A stretch of DNA of 44,382 bases from a virus (IMGVR_UViG_3300029846_000001); one strand, 5' to 3'; positions 19,339 to 30,200 are shown, numbered from the stretch's first letter. Made by a program: numbers and translations. Notes: generated from the letters alone by a model not told the origin.

Positions 19339-19360
19339 CAAAATATTATTTATCTTTATT

Positions 19361-19393
19361 TGGGTCTTAGTTGTGAAACCAAGACCCATTTTT
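19361..19393 (+). terminator. intrinsic terminator
   Basis: TGGGTCTT / AAGACCCA stem followed by TTTTT. Confidence 0.65.
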
Positions 19394-19409
19394 ATATAAA
19401 CTTAGTGAC

Positions 19410-19904
19410 ATGAAAAGAACATCGATACAATCACCGTATTTTGTAGCCTACTACCATCGTCTTATGAAGAGAAAGAATGGTTTTAAGAAAGGTATGATAA
19501 GAGACAGAGGAGAGGTTTTAAGGCTGTTATCTATTATATGGAAAACCGTATCAGAACATTATGTGGAAGCTGATGCCGGTGTTTACGTAGATAACGTAGG
19601 ATACTTATGCCATGTGCTTATACCGGGGCAGCGCTTTGCCGTCAGGCGGGACCTGGACATCGTGAGCAGGCTCGGCACCAACGGCTACCTCTACAACCAC
19701 CTGGTTATGGATTTCGCAGACTCCAAAAGATATTACCATTTTGTAATACAAGATAGCTTGAAAAAGAAGTTAAGGGTTAAAATGAATAAAGGACGAAGAT
19801 ATCGATTTATGTACAATGAAATACTTGCTAAAAGAAGAGTGTTTAAAGATTTCCAGATTAAGAGAGTTTTCGAAGACAAGGAATTAGGTCATAGAAATAA
19901 GTAG
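19410..19904 (+). CDS. basic hypothetical protein
   Basis: 164-aa Lys/Arg-rich ORF. Confidence 0.65.
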   Translation: MKRTSIQSPYFVAYYHRLMKRKNGFKKGMIRDRGEVLRLLSIIWKTVSEHYVEADAGVYVDNVGYLCHVLIPGQRFAVRRDLDIVSRLGTNGYLYNHLVMDFADSKRYYHFVIQDSLKKKLRVKMNKGRRYRFMYNEILAKRRVFKDFQIKRVFEDKELGHRNK

Positions 19905-19924
19905 AAAAAAAGTAGCGATCATCC

Positions 19925-19954
19925 TTTGTGTATATAGAATAATCGCTACTTTTG
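19925..19954 (+). promoter_or_regulatory. Bacteroidota promoter of BRO gene
   Basis: TTTG (19925-19928), 18-nt spacer, TACTTTTG (19947-19954). Confidence 0.6.
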
Positions 19955-20023
19955 CATATCCGTCTACTTTCTCAAGCGGGCGGATATAATGTTAATCAAA
20001 TATCTTTATATAGACAAAGTTCT

Positions 20024-20974
20024 ATGGAGACAAAGGTAAACAATTTTCAAAACAATGCGAAGAACAGTAGCATTATTTTGACGCAAAAATCCAGCGAAAC
20101 GGAAACTAACGGAAGTGTAACAATCTTTAGAAATTCAGAGTTTGGAAACATTAGGACTATAGTGGACCCTAATGGTGACGTGTGGTTTGTAGCTGTAGAT
20201 GTAGCTCGATCGCTCGGTTATGCTACGCCTAAAAATCCAGTAAAAAGACACGTAGATGAAGAGGATACCATTCTTTTGCAACTATCTGATTTTCAGAGAG
20301 GCTCGTTTTGGGCTCCCTTGGAAATCAATGAGTTAGATAGCATACGGGTAATCAATGAATCCGGGTTGTATTCTCTTGTTTTGTCTTCCAAATTAGAGTC
20401 TGCAAAGAAGTTTAAACGATGGGTAACATCAGAGGTTCTTCCCTCTATAAGAAAAACCGGTTCCTATTCTATAACACCGAAAGACTATCCGTCTGCATTA
20501 AGAGCATTAGCTGACGAGATTGATGCCAAAAATAGAGCCATAGCCGAGAGAGCACAAGCAGAGGCGGAGAGACAGCAGGCGATTAAGACCATAGAAGAGC
20601 AGCGTCCTGATGTGGAGTTTGCAGAGTCATTTAAGAAGGTTGATCATGAAAACATGTGGTTGATTAGAGATATTGCGAAGAAGCTTGAACAAAATGGGAT
20701 CATTATTGCCGAAAAGAATCTCCGTATGTTTCTTGAAGAAATGAAATTCATGTTCAGGAACGGGCAGGGTAAATGGGAACTATACAGTGATATCGTTAAA
20801 AATAAGTTTGGTGTTTATCGATCTTACTTTGTGGATAAGTACTCCGGTGAAAGGATCAATCAGCAAACAATATACATGACTGGTGCCGGATATGAAGTTA
20901 CGCTCAATGGTATAAAAGGGAAATGTAGAAGCACGTTTCTAAAGTACGGTAAGTTTGAAGATCCTAACTTTTAA
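20024..20974 (+). CDS. BRO-N / antirepressor (KilAC-like C-terminus)
   Basis: FRNSEFGNIRT...WFVAVDVARSLGY...INESGLYSLVLSSKLESAKKFKRWVTSEVLPSIRKTGSY; P.VEFA and TIYMTGAG C-terminal motifs; ATG 20024 chosen. Confidence 0.9.
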   Translation: METKVNNFQNNAKNSSIILTQKSSETETNGSVTIFRNSEFGNIRTIVDPNGDVWFVAVDVARSLGYATPKNPVKRHVDEEDTILLQLSDFQRGSFWAPLEINELDSIRVINESGLYSLVLSSKLESAKKFKRWVTSEVLPSIRKTGSYSITPKDYPSALRALADEIDAKNRAIAERAQAEAERQQAIKTIEEQRPDVEFAESFKKVDHENMWLIRDIAKKLEQNGIIIAEKNLRMFLEEMKFMFRNGQGKWELYSDIVKNKFGVYRSYFVDKYSGERINQQTIYMTGAGYEVTLNGIKGKCRSTFLKYGKFEDPNF

Positions 20975-21015
20975 AACAGCAAAATAGGGCATTAATCAGA
21001 TTATTAATATCTTTG

Positions 21016-21052
21016 TGGAGGTCAGGTTCGTTTCCTGTCCTCCATTTTTTTT
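21016..21052 (+). terminator. intrinsic terminator after BRO gene
   Basis: TGGAGGTCAGG...CCTGTCCTCCA followed by T8. Confidence 0.65.
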
Positions 21053-21059
21053 AAAAGTA

Positions 21060-21956
21060 ATGACAGTCGAAGATTATATCATAGAGTTAAAATCGTCTTT
21101 AAGATCATTTGACAAACGTGATCTGATAGATGAGGTATCCATCTATAAATGGGTAGAGATCGCCCTGAAGAAGTTTGGAGGCGATATTACTATGCGCAAA
21201 GAGGCGGTAGTGGACGTCAAGCGAGGACAGGCTCGTATGCCGGGAGATTACTTTGATCTTATTCTGGCATTTAAATGCGATTTCAAGGGATATGAGGTGC
21301 CGGAAGGTGATAAGGTAATACCAGAGCTTCAAAATACAATAGCTTGGAAAGAACGCACTGAAAGAAGTTATAGGTGGTGTTCTTGCGATGAATGTTGTAA
21401 AGACGAATGCGAGAAAGTGATAGTTGAAAAATTTTATATCAATGTTCATGATCGCGATCATGAAGTTCGTTGCTATTATGACCGACCGATAATGTTAGGT
21501 CTTGCTAAGCCTATGCTTCGTGATTCTTGTTTGAGTAAATGCCGGAATAAGGTAATAAAGGATAGTCCGTATGAGATAAACATCGTAAACGGATTCCTGT
21601 ATGCTAATTTCGATGGTCCTATTTACATGCAGTACCGGTCTCTTCCTTTTGACGGAGAATCTAACATAATCATACCAGACACGCCGCAGGGTCTGGTCCT
21701 GGATTATGTCGATAATTTTGTGAAGATGAGATTCTTTGAGGAACTGATGTATAATGCAGAAGCTCAGGGTGCAGCCGACTTATTTAAGTTGTATGCACAA
21801 CAAGATTTGGTTAAGTTGAAAAATGCGAAGACCGAACTTAAGATGATGGGTATGACATTGAAAGGCATGTACGAACCTCTTAGACGGAGGCGTGCTGAGT
21901 TTGAGATATATGCTAAGGCGTATCCTGTAATTGACAACATACTTAAATTGGTATGA
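21060..21956 (+). CDS. putative crAss-type tail tubular/ring protein
   Basis: Motifs (EAVVDV....A.MP.D, Y.I..G.L..NF, .Y...P.D....IIPD) resemble crAss-like tail proteins as recalled. Confidence 0.5.
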   Translation: MTVEDYIIELKSSLRSFDKRDLIDEVSIYKWVEIALKKFGGDITMRKEAVVDVKRGQARMPGDYFDLILAFKCDFKGYEVPEGDKVIPELQNTIAWKERTERSYRWCSCDECCKDECEKVIVEKFYINVHDRDHEVRCYYDRPIMLGLAKPMLRDSCLSKCRNKVIKDSPYEINIVNGFLYANFDGPIYMQYRSLPFDGESNIIIPDTPQGLVLDYVDNFVKMRFFEELMYNAEAQGAADLFKLYAQQDLVKLKNAKTELKMMGMTLKGMYEPLRRRRAEFEIYAKAYPVIDNILKLV

Positions 21957-22120
21957 TTGAGGTAGCCTTATTTATATATTTATCTGGCGTTATCGCATCT
22001 ATGATTGTTTGGTCAATCAGACAATTTAAAGGAGATGCGAGTTTGGTAGAAACAATGTACTGCCCGGTAGTATTTTTGTTGAGTTGGATATATGTATTTG
22101 AAATTTTAAAGATTAAATAA
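21953..22120 (+). CDS. small two-helix membrane protein (55 aa)
   Basis: Not in ORF track; MIEVALFIYLSGVIASMIVWSIRQFKG...LLSWIYVFEILKIK fills the gap with an ATGA overlap. Confidence 0.65.
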   Translation: MIEVALFIYLSGVIASMIVWSIRQFKGDASLVETMYCPVVFLLSWIYVFEILKIK

Positions 22121-22121
22121 T

Positions 22122-22850
22122 ATGTTGGAAGTTCAAGCAAGCGAAATAGTAACCGCCGACAAAATGAGAGGAGTGGGGCCGGCGAACATCCTTCTCACAG
22201 CTGGACCGAATCCGGTGGCCGAAGATCGCCGTGGTGTGGCTAAGGTAACGGCTGGTGGAGAGAGTAAGAGTGTTACAATCACACAAGCTGCCGGCGAGCA
22301 GGTCGTTGTAATTCCTGAGTTCGATTATCTTGTTCTTAGATACGGATGGGAATCAGAAGACGGCTCCGATTTTGATACTGCAACCGGTTTCACCAATACA
22401 GGCATCTCGGATGTAGATAATAAATACGTTGGATGGAGTAAGCACTGGGCTACTACCCAACAACAGGTAGGTGATTACCTTATTTATGGTGGTGATAACA
22501 TGCAGTCAGGACTCGAAGGGGCACTTATTAAGATGAAGACCTTGCTATCAGCGCCGGGCATGGACGAGTCGGAACCTAATATCAATGCCGATATCTATGG
22601 TAATTGGTATGGGAATAGAGGACGAGGAAATGTCGTTGTGTCTTTTACAGCCTACCTTGGAGGAGAGATGGTTAAACAAGGATTTAACTTCATTAACGAA
22701 GGCGGTGAAGAAGTTTACTCCGACAGCATCACTACCAACGTTTCAGCTCATGGGGAAACCAATTACCAAAATATAAAAGGTTTGTACACTAAGATGGGTA
22801 CGATGGTTTATAATAAGGAAAAGCGTGATTGTGTTATTGTTATAGGTTAA
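22122..22850 (+). CDS. virion protein with N-terminal BACON-like segment
   Basis: EDRRGVAKVTAGGESKSVTITQAA motif. Confidence 0.6.
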   Translation: MLEVQASEIVTADKMRGVGPANILLTAGPNPVAEDRRGVAKVTAGGESKSVTITQAAGEQVVVIPEFDYLVLRYGWESEDGSDFDTATGFTNTGISDVDNKYVGWSKHWATTQQQVGDYLIYGGDNMQSGLEGALIKMKTLLSAPGMDESEPNINADIYGNWYGNRGRGNVVVSFTAYLGGEMVKQGFNFINEGGEEVYSDSITTNVSAHGETNYQNIKGLYTKMGTMVYNKEKRDCVIVIG

Positions 22851-22853
22851 GAT

Positions 22854-23984
22854 ATGGAAAGCCTTTGGAATAAATACAATAAGATCAAGGAGGTGTTTTA
22901 CCGGGATTTCGTTTATGATTCCAGCTACACAGAGCAGGCCTCGTGCATCCCACTGTCGTCGGTGAAGAACGGGGTAGGCTGGGTCGGCGACGGAACCATT
23001 AACCTGGCTCAGTATCTCCAGTTCCTATACACGGAAATGGTTCTTGGTAACAAGACAGAAGATGATGTTCGTAATGCCATACTGGTGCTTACTCGTCTTG
23101 CCGATACTACTTATGATCTATTTTTCAATAGCAATAAAGGTATTTATTTCAAATTCGAAAAAGGATTTTTCTTAAGAGACGATATCCATAGCGAAGATGC
23201 AAGCAAATTCGGTCTTACCAAAATAAGTTCCGGGTACACTAATGGTATAGAGTTAAAAGACGAAGATCCATGCTTCTCTCCATTCACTTCACAAGATCAG
23301 ATCTGGAATCTGGCTCCTATATTAGCTTTCTTGTCAGAAAAAGGATTTGAAGAAGCCAGGCAAGTAGGATACGATATTTTTGAGTACGTTATTAGGAACA
23401 GACACAAGATATACAATCCTTATTACAGTGCCTTGCTTCATCATTGGACATTCCTTCCTGATATGGATACCGATAAGGTCAAGCCGTGGGATAGGGTTAG
23501 CAACCGTAACAAGAATCTTAAATACAAAGTTAAGGTTAAGAGAGGAGCTAACAATTGGTACTTCTCTGGAGGGTTCAGATGGGCGTTTAAGAAGTTTGGT
23601 GGCGAGTGCAGTACATTCTGGCATTGTCTATGGTATAAGCCATTTATATTCTTAGCAGATAGAGTATATCATCCATACATATGTAAATGGTTTGGTATTA
23701 AGGTTAAAAACAATTCTTATTATTGTCTTGGATCCACAAATGAAAAATCATGGTACGGTCCTAAGTTCAGAAAGAGGCTGGTTAGTAAGTTTAATAAGTC
23801 TCTGGAAGGGGGAAAGCTATTTATGCCGCATCTTGTTTTTCTTAGAGGGGGTGAAGACGTTGATAAAAGCAAGTTAAGATCTTATCTCGAAAAATGGGAA
23901 TGGGATGGAGTTAATTCTCCTATTGAGTTTTTGATTTTGTGTAATTGGTTTAAAATTATTTTTGGAAATGAAAATATATTATAA
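22854..23984 (+). CDS. hypothetical protein
   Basis: 376-aa ORF, aromatic-rich. Confidence 0.7.
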   Translation: MESLWNKYNKIKEVFYRDFVYDSSYTEQASCIPLSSVKNGVGWVGDGTINLAQYLQFLYTEMVLGNKTEDDVRNAILVLTRLADTTYDLFFNSNKGIYFKFEKGFFLRDDIHSEDASKFGLTKISSGYTNGIELKDEDPCFSPFTSQDQIWNLAPILAFLSEKGFEEARQVGYDIFEYVIRNRHKIYNPYYSALLHHWTFLPDMDTDKVKPWDRVSNRNKNLKYKVKVKRGANNWYFSGGFRWAFKKFGGECSTFWHCLWYKPFIFLADRVYHPYICKWFGIKVKNNSYYCLGSTNEKSWYGPKFRKRLVSKFNKSLEGGKLFMPHLVFLRGGEDVDKSKLRSYLEKWEWDGVNSPIEFLILCNWFKIIFGNENIL

Positions 23985-24429
23985 ATCAAAAATAGCTAAG
24001 TTATTTACGTTCATTGACGGCTACAAAACAATTATGTTATTTGGAGCCGTATTTACCGAACGTGATAGTATATCATTGAAGGCCGAATATCATGAAGAGT
24101 CGCATTGCAATCAGTATCATACAATGTTTTGTTTTGGTATGTTTATATCATTGCTTACAATAGGATTGTGTCTCTTATTCGGTAATGCAGGATGGTGGAT
24201 GCTGTGGTTGTCTCTTATTCCGATATTTTTATACTATTCATGGTATTTAATTGAGTACCTGATTAGGTTGTGCATATATCGCAATCACGATAAGGCATAT
24301 CATAATATCGTATTCGAAAGAGAGGCTTTCGACTTAGAAAAGTATTGGAATCGGCATGATGTTTTGAGGAAGGAGTCGGAAGGGTTTAGTTTCCTCGGTT
24401 ATTATAGGAAGGAGTATCATTATGAGTAG
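23968..24429 (+). CDS. membrane protein with HExxH-like motif
   Basis: HEESH..Q, two hydrophobic helices, AY.NI.FEREA. Confidence 0.65.
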   Translation: MKIYYKSKIAKLFTFIDGYKTIMLFGAVFTERDSISLKAEYHEESHCNQYHTMFCFGMFISLLTIGLCLLFGNAGWWMLWLSLIPIFLYYSWYLIEYLIRLCIYRNHDKAYHNIVFEREAFDLEKYWNRHDVLRKESEGFSFLGYYRKEYHYE

Positions 24430-24892
24430 GAGAAGATATTTTGAGGAACAGAGATCTGGTAATGGAGCTATTTATCATTGTGTAAAAACAGAAATCGAGC
24501 CTGGAGATAGGATCAGGTTATTTAATTTAATGAATAAAATCAAATCCGATACAATTAGCCAGGATAAGATAAATAGCGTATTGAATCAACTTAGAGAAGG
24601 AACAGCCTTTAATATTCATACTCATAGTTCAGTTTCTTTTTCGTTTTCAAGCACTTCTACCGGTTACGAACCAATGACAATATGGATTAGATTTGACCCG
24701 TATCCTGCAAGTGAACAACAGGGTATTATATACAAGTTTCAGATAAATGACCAGAGGTACGTTTTTATGTTTTCTAATAGATACGATGGAATGAGAGATC
24801 TTATTAATAATGCAGATGAAGATGTTGATTGTATTACTTCTGCAACAGAGAGTAGTATATATCACAATGATTCTTTCTATATATTTGTGTAA
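24422..24892 (+). CDS. hypothetical protein (MSRRRYFE N-terminus)
   Basis: 156-aa ORF. Confidence 0.65.
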   Translation: MSRRRYFEEQRSGNGAIYHCVKTEIEPGDRIRLFNLMNKIKSDTISQDKINSVLNQLREGTAFNIHTHSSVSFSFSSTSTGYEPMTIWIRFDPYPASEQQGIIYKFQINDQRYVFMFSNRYDGMRDLINNADEDVDCITSATESSIYHNDSFYIFV

Positions 24893-24895
24893 ATT

Positions 24896-25678
24896 ATGAG
24901 GAGGAGGTTCGAATATAAACACAGGGAACTTGAAGACTTCTTATAAGGTTTTATCCGGCCGGCAATTACACATGGGTAGTCCCTGGTGGTTGTACCGAGG
25001 TGGATGTTTTTCTTGTTGGTGGAGGTGGTGGAAGTGGAAACGGTTCTGGCGCCGGAAGTGGATATACCAAGACCTACAAAAGAAACAATATAGGAATAAA
25101 ACAAGGTTCTCAAATATCTGTAACACCAGGTCAAGAAATTAATATCATAGTAGGAAAAGGTGGAGCAGGTCTGTATTATGGCTATCCTGAGAAGGGAGGA
25201 TTCTCTCAATTTATGAACTCATCTTACAGAGCAGATGGTGGAAATCCTTCTGGTAATGGTCTTCTTAACGGAGAAAACTCAACAGGTGGTCCTTATACTG
25301 GAGGAAATGGTGGAAGTGGAGGATCTGTAGATCAATCAGGTGATGAGTTTTACGCTGGATCGGATGGATCTGATGCCCCTGGAATAACAGACGGTAATGG
25401 GATATATCACCCACCTGGAACGAAATATGGAGGAGGAAAAGGTCAAGGATATACAACCAGAGATTTTGGGGAACCGACGGGTAAAAGAAATGCCGGAGGT
25501 GGTGGAGCTGATAGAAATAGAGATGGTGGTATGGGAGGTGAATCCGATTATGATGAAGGATGTGGAATCGGAAGAGGAAACAGAAAAAAGTGGTGGTTAC
25601 GGAGGAGGCGGATGCGGCTCGGGAGGAACCGGCGGTGATGGTACTGTGTTAATTAGGGGTAAAAAATATAAATCGTAA
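24896..25678 (+). pseudogene. glycine-rich domain (tail fibre-like) gene with two frameshifts
   Basis: MRRRFEYKHRELEDF / IRFYPAGNYTWVVPGGCTEVDVFLVGGGGG...GRGNRK / SGGYGGGGCGSGGTGGDGTVLIRG; shifts near 24940 and at the A6 run 25584-25589. Confidence 0.7.
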
Positions 25679-25781
25679 GTAAATGTTATGAGACGAAGAT
25701 TTGAAAATGTTAATATGGTGATGGGTAATTGTTTCTCTCCTGTAATGGAAGGGAGTCAATTTCAATGGGATAATATTGTAG

Positions 25782-27130
25782 GGTGATTATATACAACTTT
25801 ACACCACAAATATAGGAAATTGTTTTTTTATATATAAATAATAATTCCTATATCTGTGTCATGAGATTAGTTGAACAACATATAATCAAACAAAGTTCAA
25901 TATATTACAATGAGCTTCAAGACCTATTGCATAAGTGTAAAAACTTATACAATAAAGGGTTGTATGTTGTTAGACAACACTACTTTCAATACAAGAATGA
26001 TAATACTGTAAAGTATAAATACCTCAACTATTATTCTCTCGAAAGAGTGTTGAAAACAGAAAATGATGTTGACTATCGTGCTTTACCAGCACCGGTTGCT
26101 CAACAGGTGTTGATGATGGTTGATAGGAACTTTAAATCTTTCTTCAATCTCTTTAATAAAAAGAATAGAGGTGAGTATTCCGAATTTGTTAGAATGCCTA
26201 AGTATCTTAACAAAGACGGTTTGTTTCCTGCTGTTTTTACGACCGCATCTTTTTCTCAAAAATGGATAAAACAAGGTATTGTTAAGTTACCTAAACAGTT
26301 TTCCTTTACCACAAGAACCAATAAACAAAATATTCAACAACTTAGATTCGTTCCTAAGAATGGATATATTGTTCTTGAAATAGTTTACAATAAGAAGGAA
26401 AAAGATCTTATGTCCGATAATGGGAACTATCTTGGTATCGACATAGGATTAGATAATTTAGCATCTTGTGTTTCAAACAACGGTTCTTGTTTTATCATCA
26501 ATGGTAGACCACTAAAGTCTATCAACCAATATTATAATAAAAGATTAGCATTCTTAAAATCTAAATTAAAAGATAATAAACATACTTCAAAACAAATTAG
26601 GTCATTAACTAACAAAAGGAATAATAAGATCAAAGATTATCTTCACAAGGCAAGTAGGATATTGGTTAATCACGTAGTTTCCAATGGTATTAATACGATC
26701 ATAATCGGTCATAACAAATGCTGGAAACAAGAGATCAATATCGGAAAACGAAATAATCAGAACTTTGTATCTATTCCTTTTAATGTATTTATCTCAATGA
26801 TATCTTATAAAGCAACATTAGAAGGTATTAATGTTAAGATTGTTGAAGAATCTTATACTTCAAAATGTAGCTTTTTGGATAATGAACGGATTTGTAAACA
26901 TGAATCTTACAAAGGAAGAAGGACCAAACGAGGATTGTTTAAAACCTCGTTTGGTAGGACTATTAATGCTGATATCAATGGTGCTTTTAACATCATTAGA
27001 AAATCAGAAAAAGAATCCTTTGATGTAACGATGTTACCAGAAGGTAGAGGGTTTTGGTGGAACCCGGTACGTATTTCTGTATAAATATATACTATTTTAC
27101 ATTTCTGGTGTAAAGTGGTATATAATCACC
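25782..27130 (+). mobile_element. TnpB-only element with 33-bp terminal inverted repeats and 5-bp direct repeat TGTAG
   Basis: Left GGTGATTATATACAACTTTACACCACAAATATA (25782-25814) vs reverse complement of 27098-27130, 30/33 identical; TGTAG at 25777-25781 and 27131-27135. Confidence 0.88.
25861..27084 (+). CDS. tnpB: TnpB-family RNA-guided endonuclease
   Basis: KNLYN, LGIDIGLDNLA (RuvC-I), DYLHKASR, EESYTSK, INADINGAFNI (RuvC-III). Confidence 0.95.
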   Translation: MRLVEQHIIKQSSIYYNELQDLLHKCKNLYNKGLYVVRQHYFQYKNDNTVKYKYLNYYSLERVLKTENDVDYRALPAPVAQQVLMMVDRNFKSFFNLFNKKNRGEYSEFVRMPKYLNKDGLFPAVFTTASFSQKWIKQGIVKLPKQFSFTTRTNKQNIQQLRFVPKNGYIVLEIVYNKKEKDLMSDNGNYLGIDIGLDNLASCVSNNGSCFIINGRPLKSINQYYNKRLAFLKSKLKDNKHTSKQIRSLTNKRNNKIKDYLHKASRILVNHVVSNGINTIIIGHNKCWKQEINIGKRNNQNFVSIPFNVFISMISYKATLEGINVKIVEESYTSKCSFLDNERICKHESYKGRRTKRGLFKTSFGRTINADINGAFNIIRKSEKESFDVTMLPEGRGFWWNPVRISV

Positions 27131-27242
27131 TGTAGGCGTGGTCGATAAAGTAGGAGACTGAAAATGTATTTCTTTTCTTCACCTACTTTAGAAATCCATT
27201 ATTAAATCTCTTTTGCTATCTTTGTGACAAACAGTTATTAAC

Positions 27243-30200
27243 ATGGCATTAGAAGATAACAGAAACATAGCGATTCCTCAAACAGGTATGAATCGCGATC
27301 TGCATCCGTCGAGTCTTACGGATCAGCATTATACGTTTGCCTTGAATGCCAACATCGAATCCGAGGATGGTAATGTTGGAATGAGATCTAACGAGCACAG
27401 TAATCTTAAATGCATTGATTTCGATGGGTTTAAAGTTATTGGTTATAAGAATGATCATACTTCGGGCAATATCTATTTTTTTATAACAAATCCTGAAACA
27501 GGCGTATCTAAAATAACTTATTTCAAGCCTGAATCCGATACAAGTATCTTGTCTGATTCTGATATAGAATCTATGGTAGAAGGATCGGAGTCGTTGTGTT
27601 CTGGCATGAAAACCCTGCTTGAAGACAACGAGCAAGATCCGTGCCTTAAGTTCTCTATCTACCATCCTATAAAAACCATAGAAATAAAGACAGAGAAATG
27701 TGGAAAATGTATTTACTGGACTGACGATTATAATCCTCCCAGGTATGTTATTGTAGACAAGGCTCTGACTCCTGATGATGAAGGTGATATATGGTATCAT
27801 TATCATGGGTATAAGATATGCGATAAAGAATACGATAGGAAAAAGTTCATGCAGGAGAATGGTTGTTTTCTGGCATGTGAGAAACTTAGGGTGTTTCCGC
27901 TACTCAAACCCATGTGCATAGAGCCGGCTCAGATAGAGTACGGGGGCAGCCTGCGCTCAGGCGTCTATCAGGCCACTGTGGCTCCTTGTGACGAGTTTGG
28001 AAATGAGCTTGGAAGTTATTCTAATCCTACTAATCCTGTACCTATATTCGATGAACAGTATATTACTCAAAAAGATGGCAAATGGGGAGAACGTACTAAT
28101 TTAGGTATTAGATTCGTCGTATCTAACATAGATCGTCAAGTTGAATATTTTAAGGTTGTTATCATTCAAAATACAGTAGGATACAACGGAGAAACTCAAC
28201 CGGTTGTTGATTACTTTGTAGAAGGTATCCATCCTGTATCAGAAAAGACTATATTGTATTATTCGGATCTTAATAACAAACGTACTACATTCGAACACAT
28301 ATCCTTGAAAAAACCTGTGTATAACACATCAAGGGGGATTGTGGCTGTCGGGAATCGTCTTCTTCAATATGGTCTTACGGCGGAAAAAGAATGGAATTTA
28401 CAGCCTGTAGTTTCCCTCATGGGACACTTCCTTCAATGGCAGGCATCGGTAGCCCACGAAGATCTGTATAAGGATGGTAATGCCTGTTCATTGTATGTGG
28501 GGTATATGAGAAATGAAGTGTATCCGTTTGCTATTTCTTTTAAGTGCTCCAACGGTTATAAAACTCCGGCATTTGTGTTAATACCTCCCCCTTATAAAGA
28601 TGCTGCGGCAGAAATAGAAAATAAGGATACTGATAGAGTATATAAGTCCATAAACCAATATGCTCCTCCTTGCTCAGGGCAAGAGCGTAAATTCAAGTGG
28701 CAGTATTATAATACGGCAGGAGATCCGAAGGATTTTGATGATGAAGAAACCGGACAAGAAGAATGTAAGAATCCGGCTACTATCGGTCAAACTATAACAT
28801 TACAAAATGATTTTAAAACTTATACGAACGTTAGTTTTACATTCAGAAGTCGGATTATAATAGATGAGGTGATTAATTATTTTTCATCTAATATAAAAGA
28901 CATCGCATGTAATACCGCTACAGAAGAACCTAATAATGCTGCTGCCAACGAAATATGCGATATATTCAACAGCTACGGAGACCCTGACGATCCTAATACG
29001 GAGGAACAAAAAGAAGTTATAGATGGTATCGAGGCTCCTGAGTTTGGAGCCGAGTGTACTGATGCGCATCGCCAGTATTCGCTTATTACAGCTCCGGTAG
29101 ATCGTATTGTGGGTTTCCGTGAAGAATATACGTATAAGGAGCTCGAGGATATGGAGCACGTATCCACCGACTACCTATATACTACCGGCGGTGAAAAGCA
29201 GGATAAGTATTCTGTGTTATTTAACTGGGAACTACAGGAGCAAATGATAGAGTTCATGGACAAGTATTTCTTTGCCGATGACGAAGATGGCGGTCATTGG
29301 GCTGGATACTGGTCGGGTGATGACGGAACCAAGGCGTGTGCTGTATATGATTCTCTGTTACAACCGTCTGTTATATTACAGTCTATAGCCGAAGCTATTT
29401 ATGTTCTGGATTCTACGCCGTGTACTTGCGGATGTTTTATAGAAGAGCCTTGTCTTAATCCTACTGTTGCCAGAAGCGATTATAACTCATTCCAGTCATC
29501 TTCTACACTTCTTGGAGCATATCTTCTTATGAATGATGTGTGGAATGATGATAAAGGAGAAAGTAAGGTCTGCTTCCCGGACAGCAATCACTGTCTTCCA
29601 GATTGGCGTGCCGGACGTTCTTCGAGCACTATCCACAATAAGGCCTACAGGTCAAGGATAGCGCCTGGAGCCTTGATGAGGGACACCTGGCCTGAGATAG
29701 AGAAGAAGATAGATGATTATTCATATAATTTCCTTGATACCGGTTACGTTCCAGAAGGAGATTACGGAGATGGATGGACCTGGGATTCTTATGCTAATTT
29801 AGCTGACAATAACGTAGGCGCTCTTATTCCTGAAAATGTTGAAGGTTCTACGATGTTTACGTCAGAGTTTTTGGTATGGAGGTTTACGAAATGCGTGCTT
29901 CGTAACGCCCGTTTCCTTCATATTACAAGACCTAAAGAATGGGATGATCCTTATTTCCCGGCCAAGGACAAAGTTCTTTATCTGGAATCTTTGGGTAAAA
30001 TAGATGGTCTTATGGATGCTGTGTCCACACAATATGTCCGTCTTTCTTTTTGGAAATCATTAGATCCAAGATACAAAGGAAGCAATAGGAAGATAGATAA
30101 GGATGATCTCAACTTTGATTGGGAGAAGATTATGGATGAAGGTGATAATTATGTTATTGTTGGAGCATCCCGTCCTTACTTTGGGCACATAGGCGAATCT

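Noticed and set aside
13025..25678. Additional DGR variable repeats in other fibre-like genes
   Set aside because: No second match to the TR constant segments (GCTGCTCGTTTCGGCGG, TGCGGCCTTGCCC) was seen by eye; remote targets outside the window remain possible
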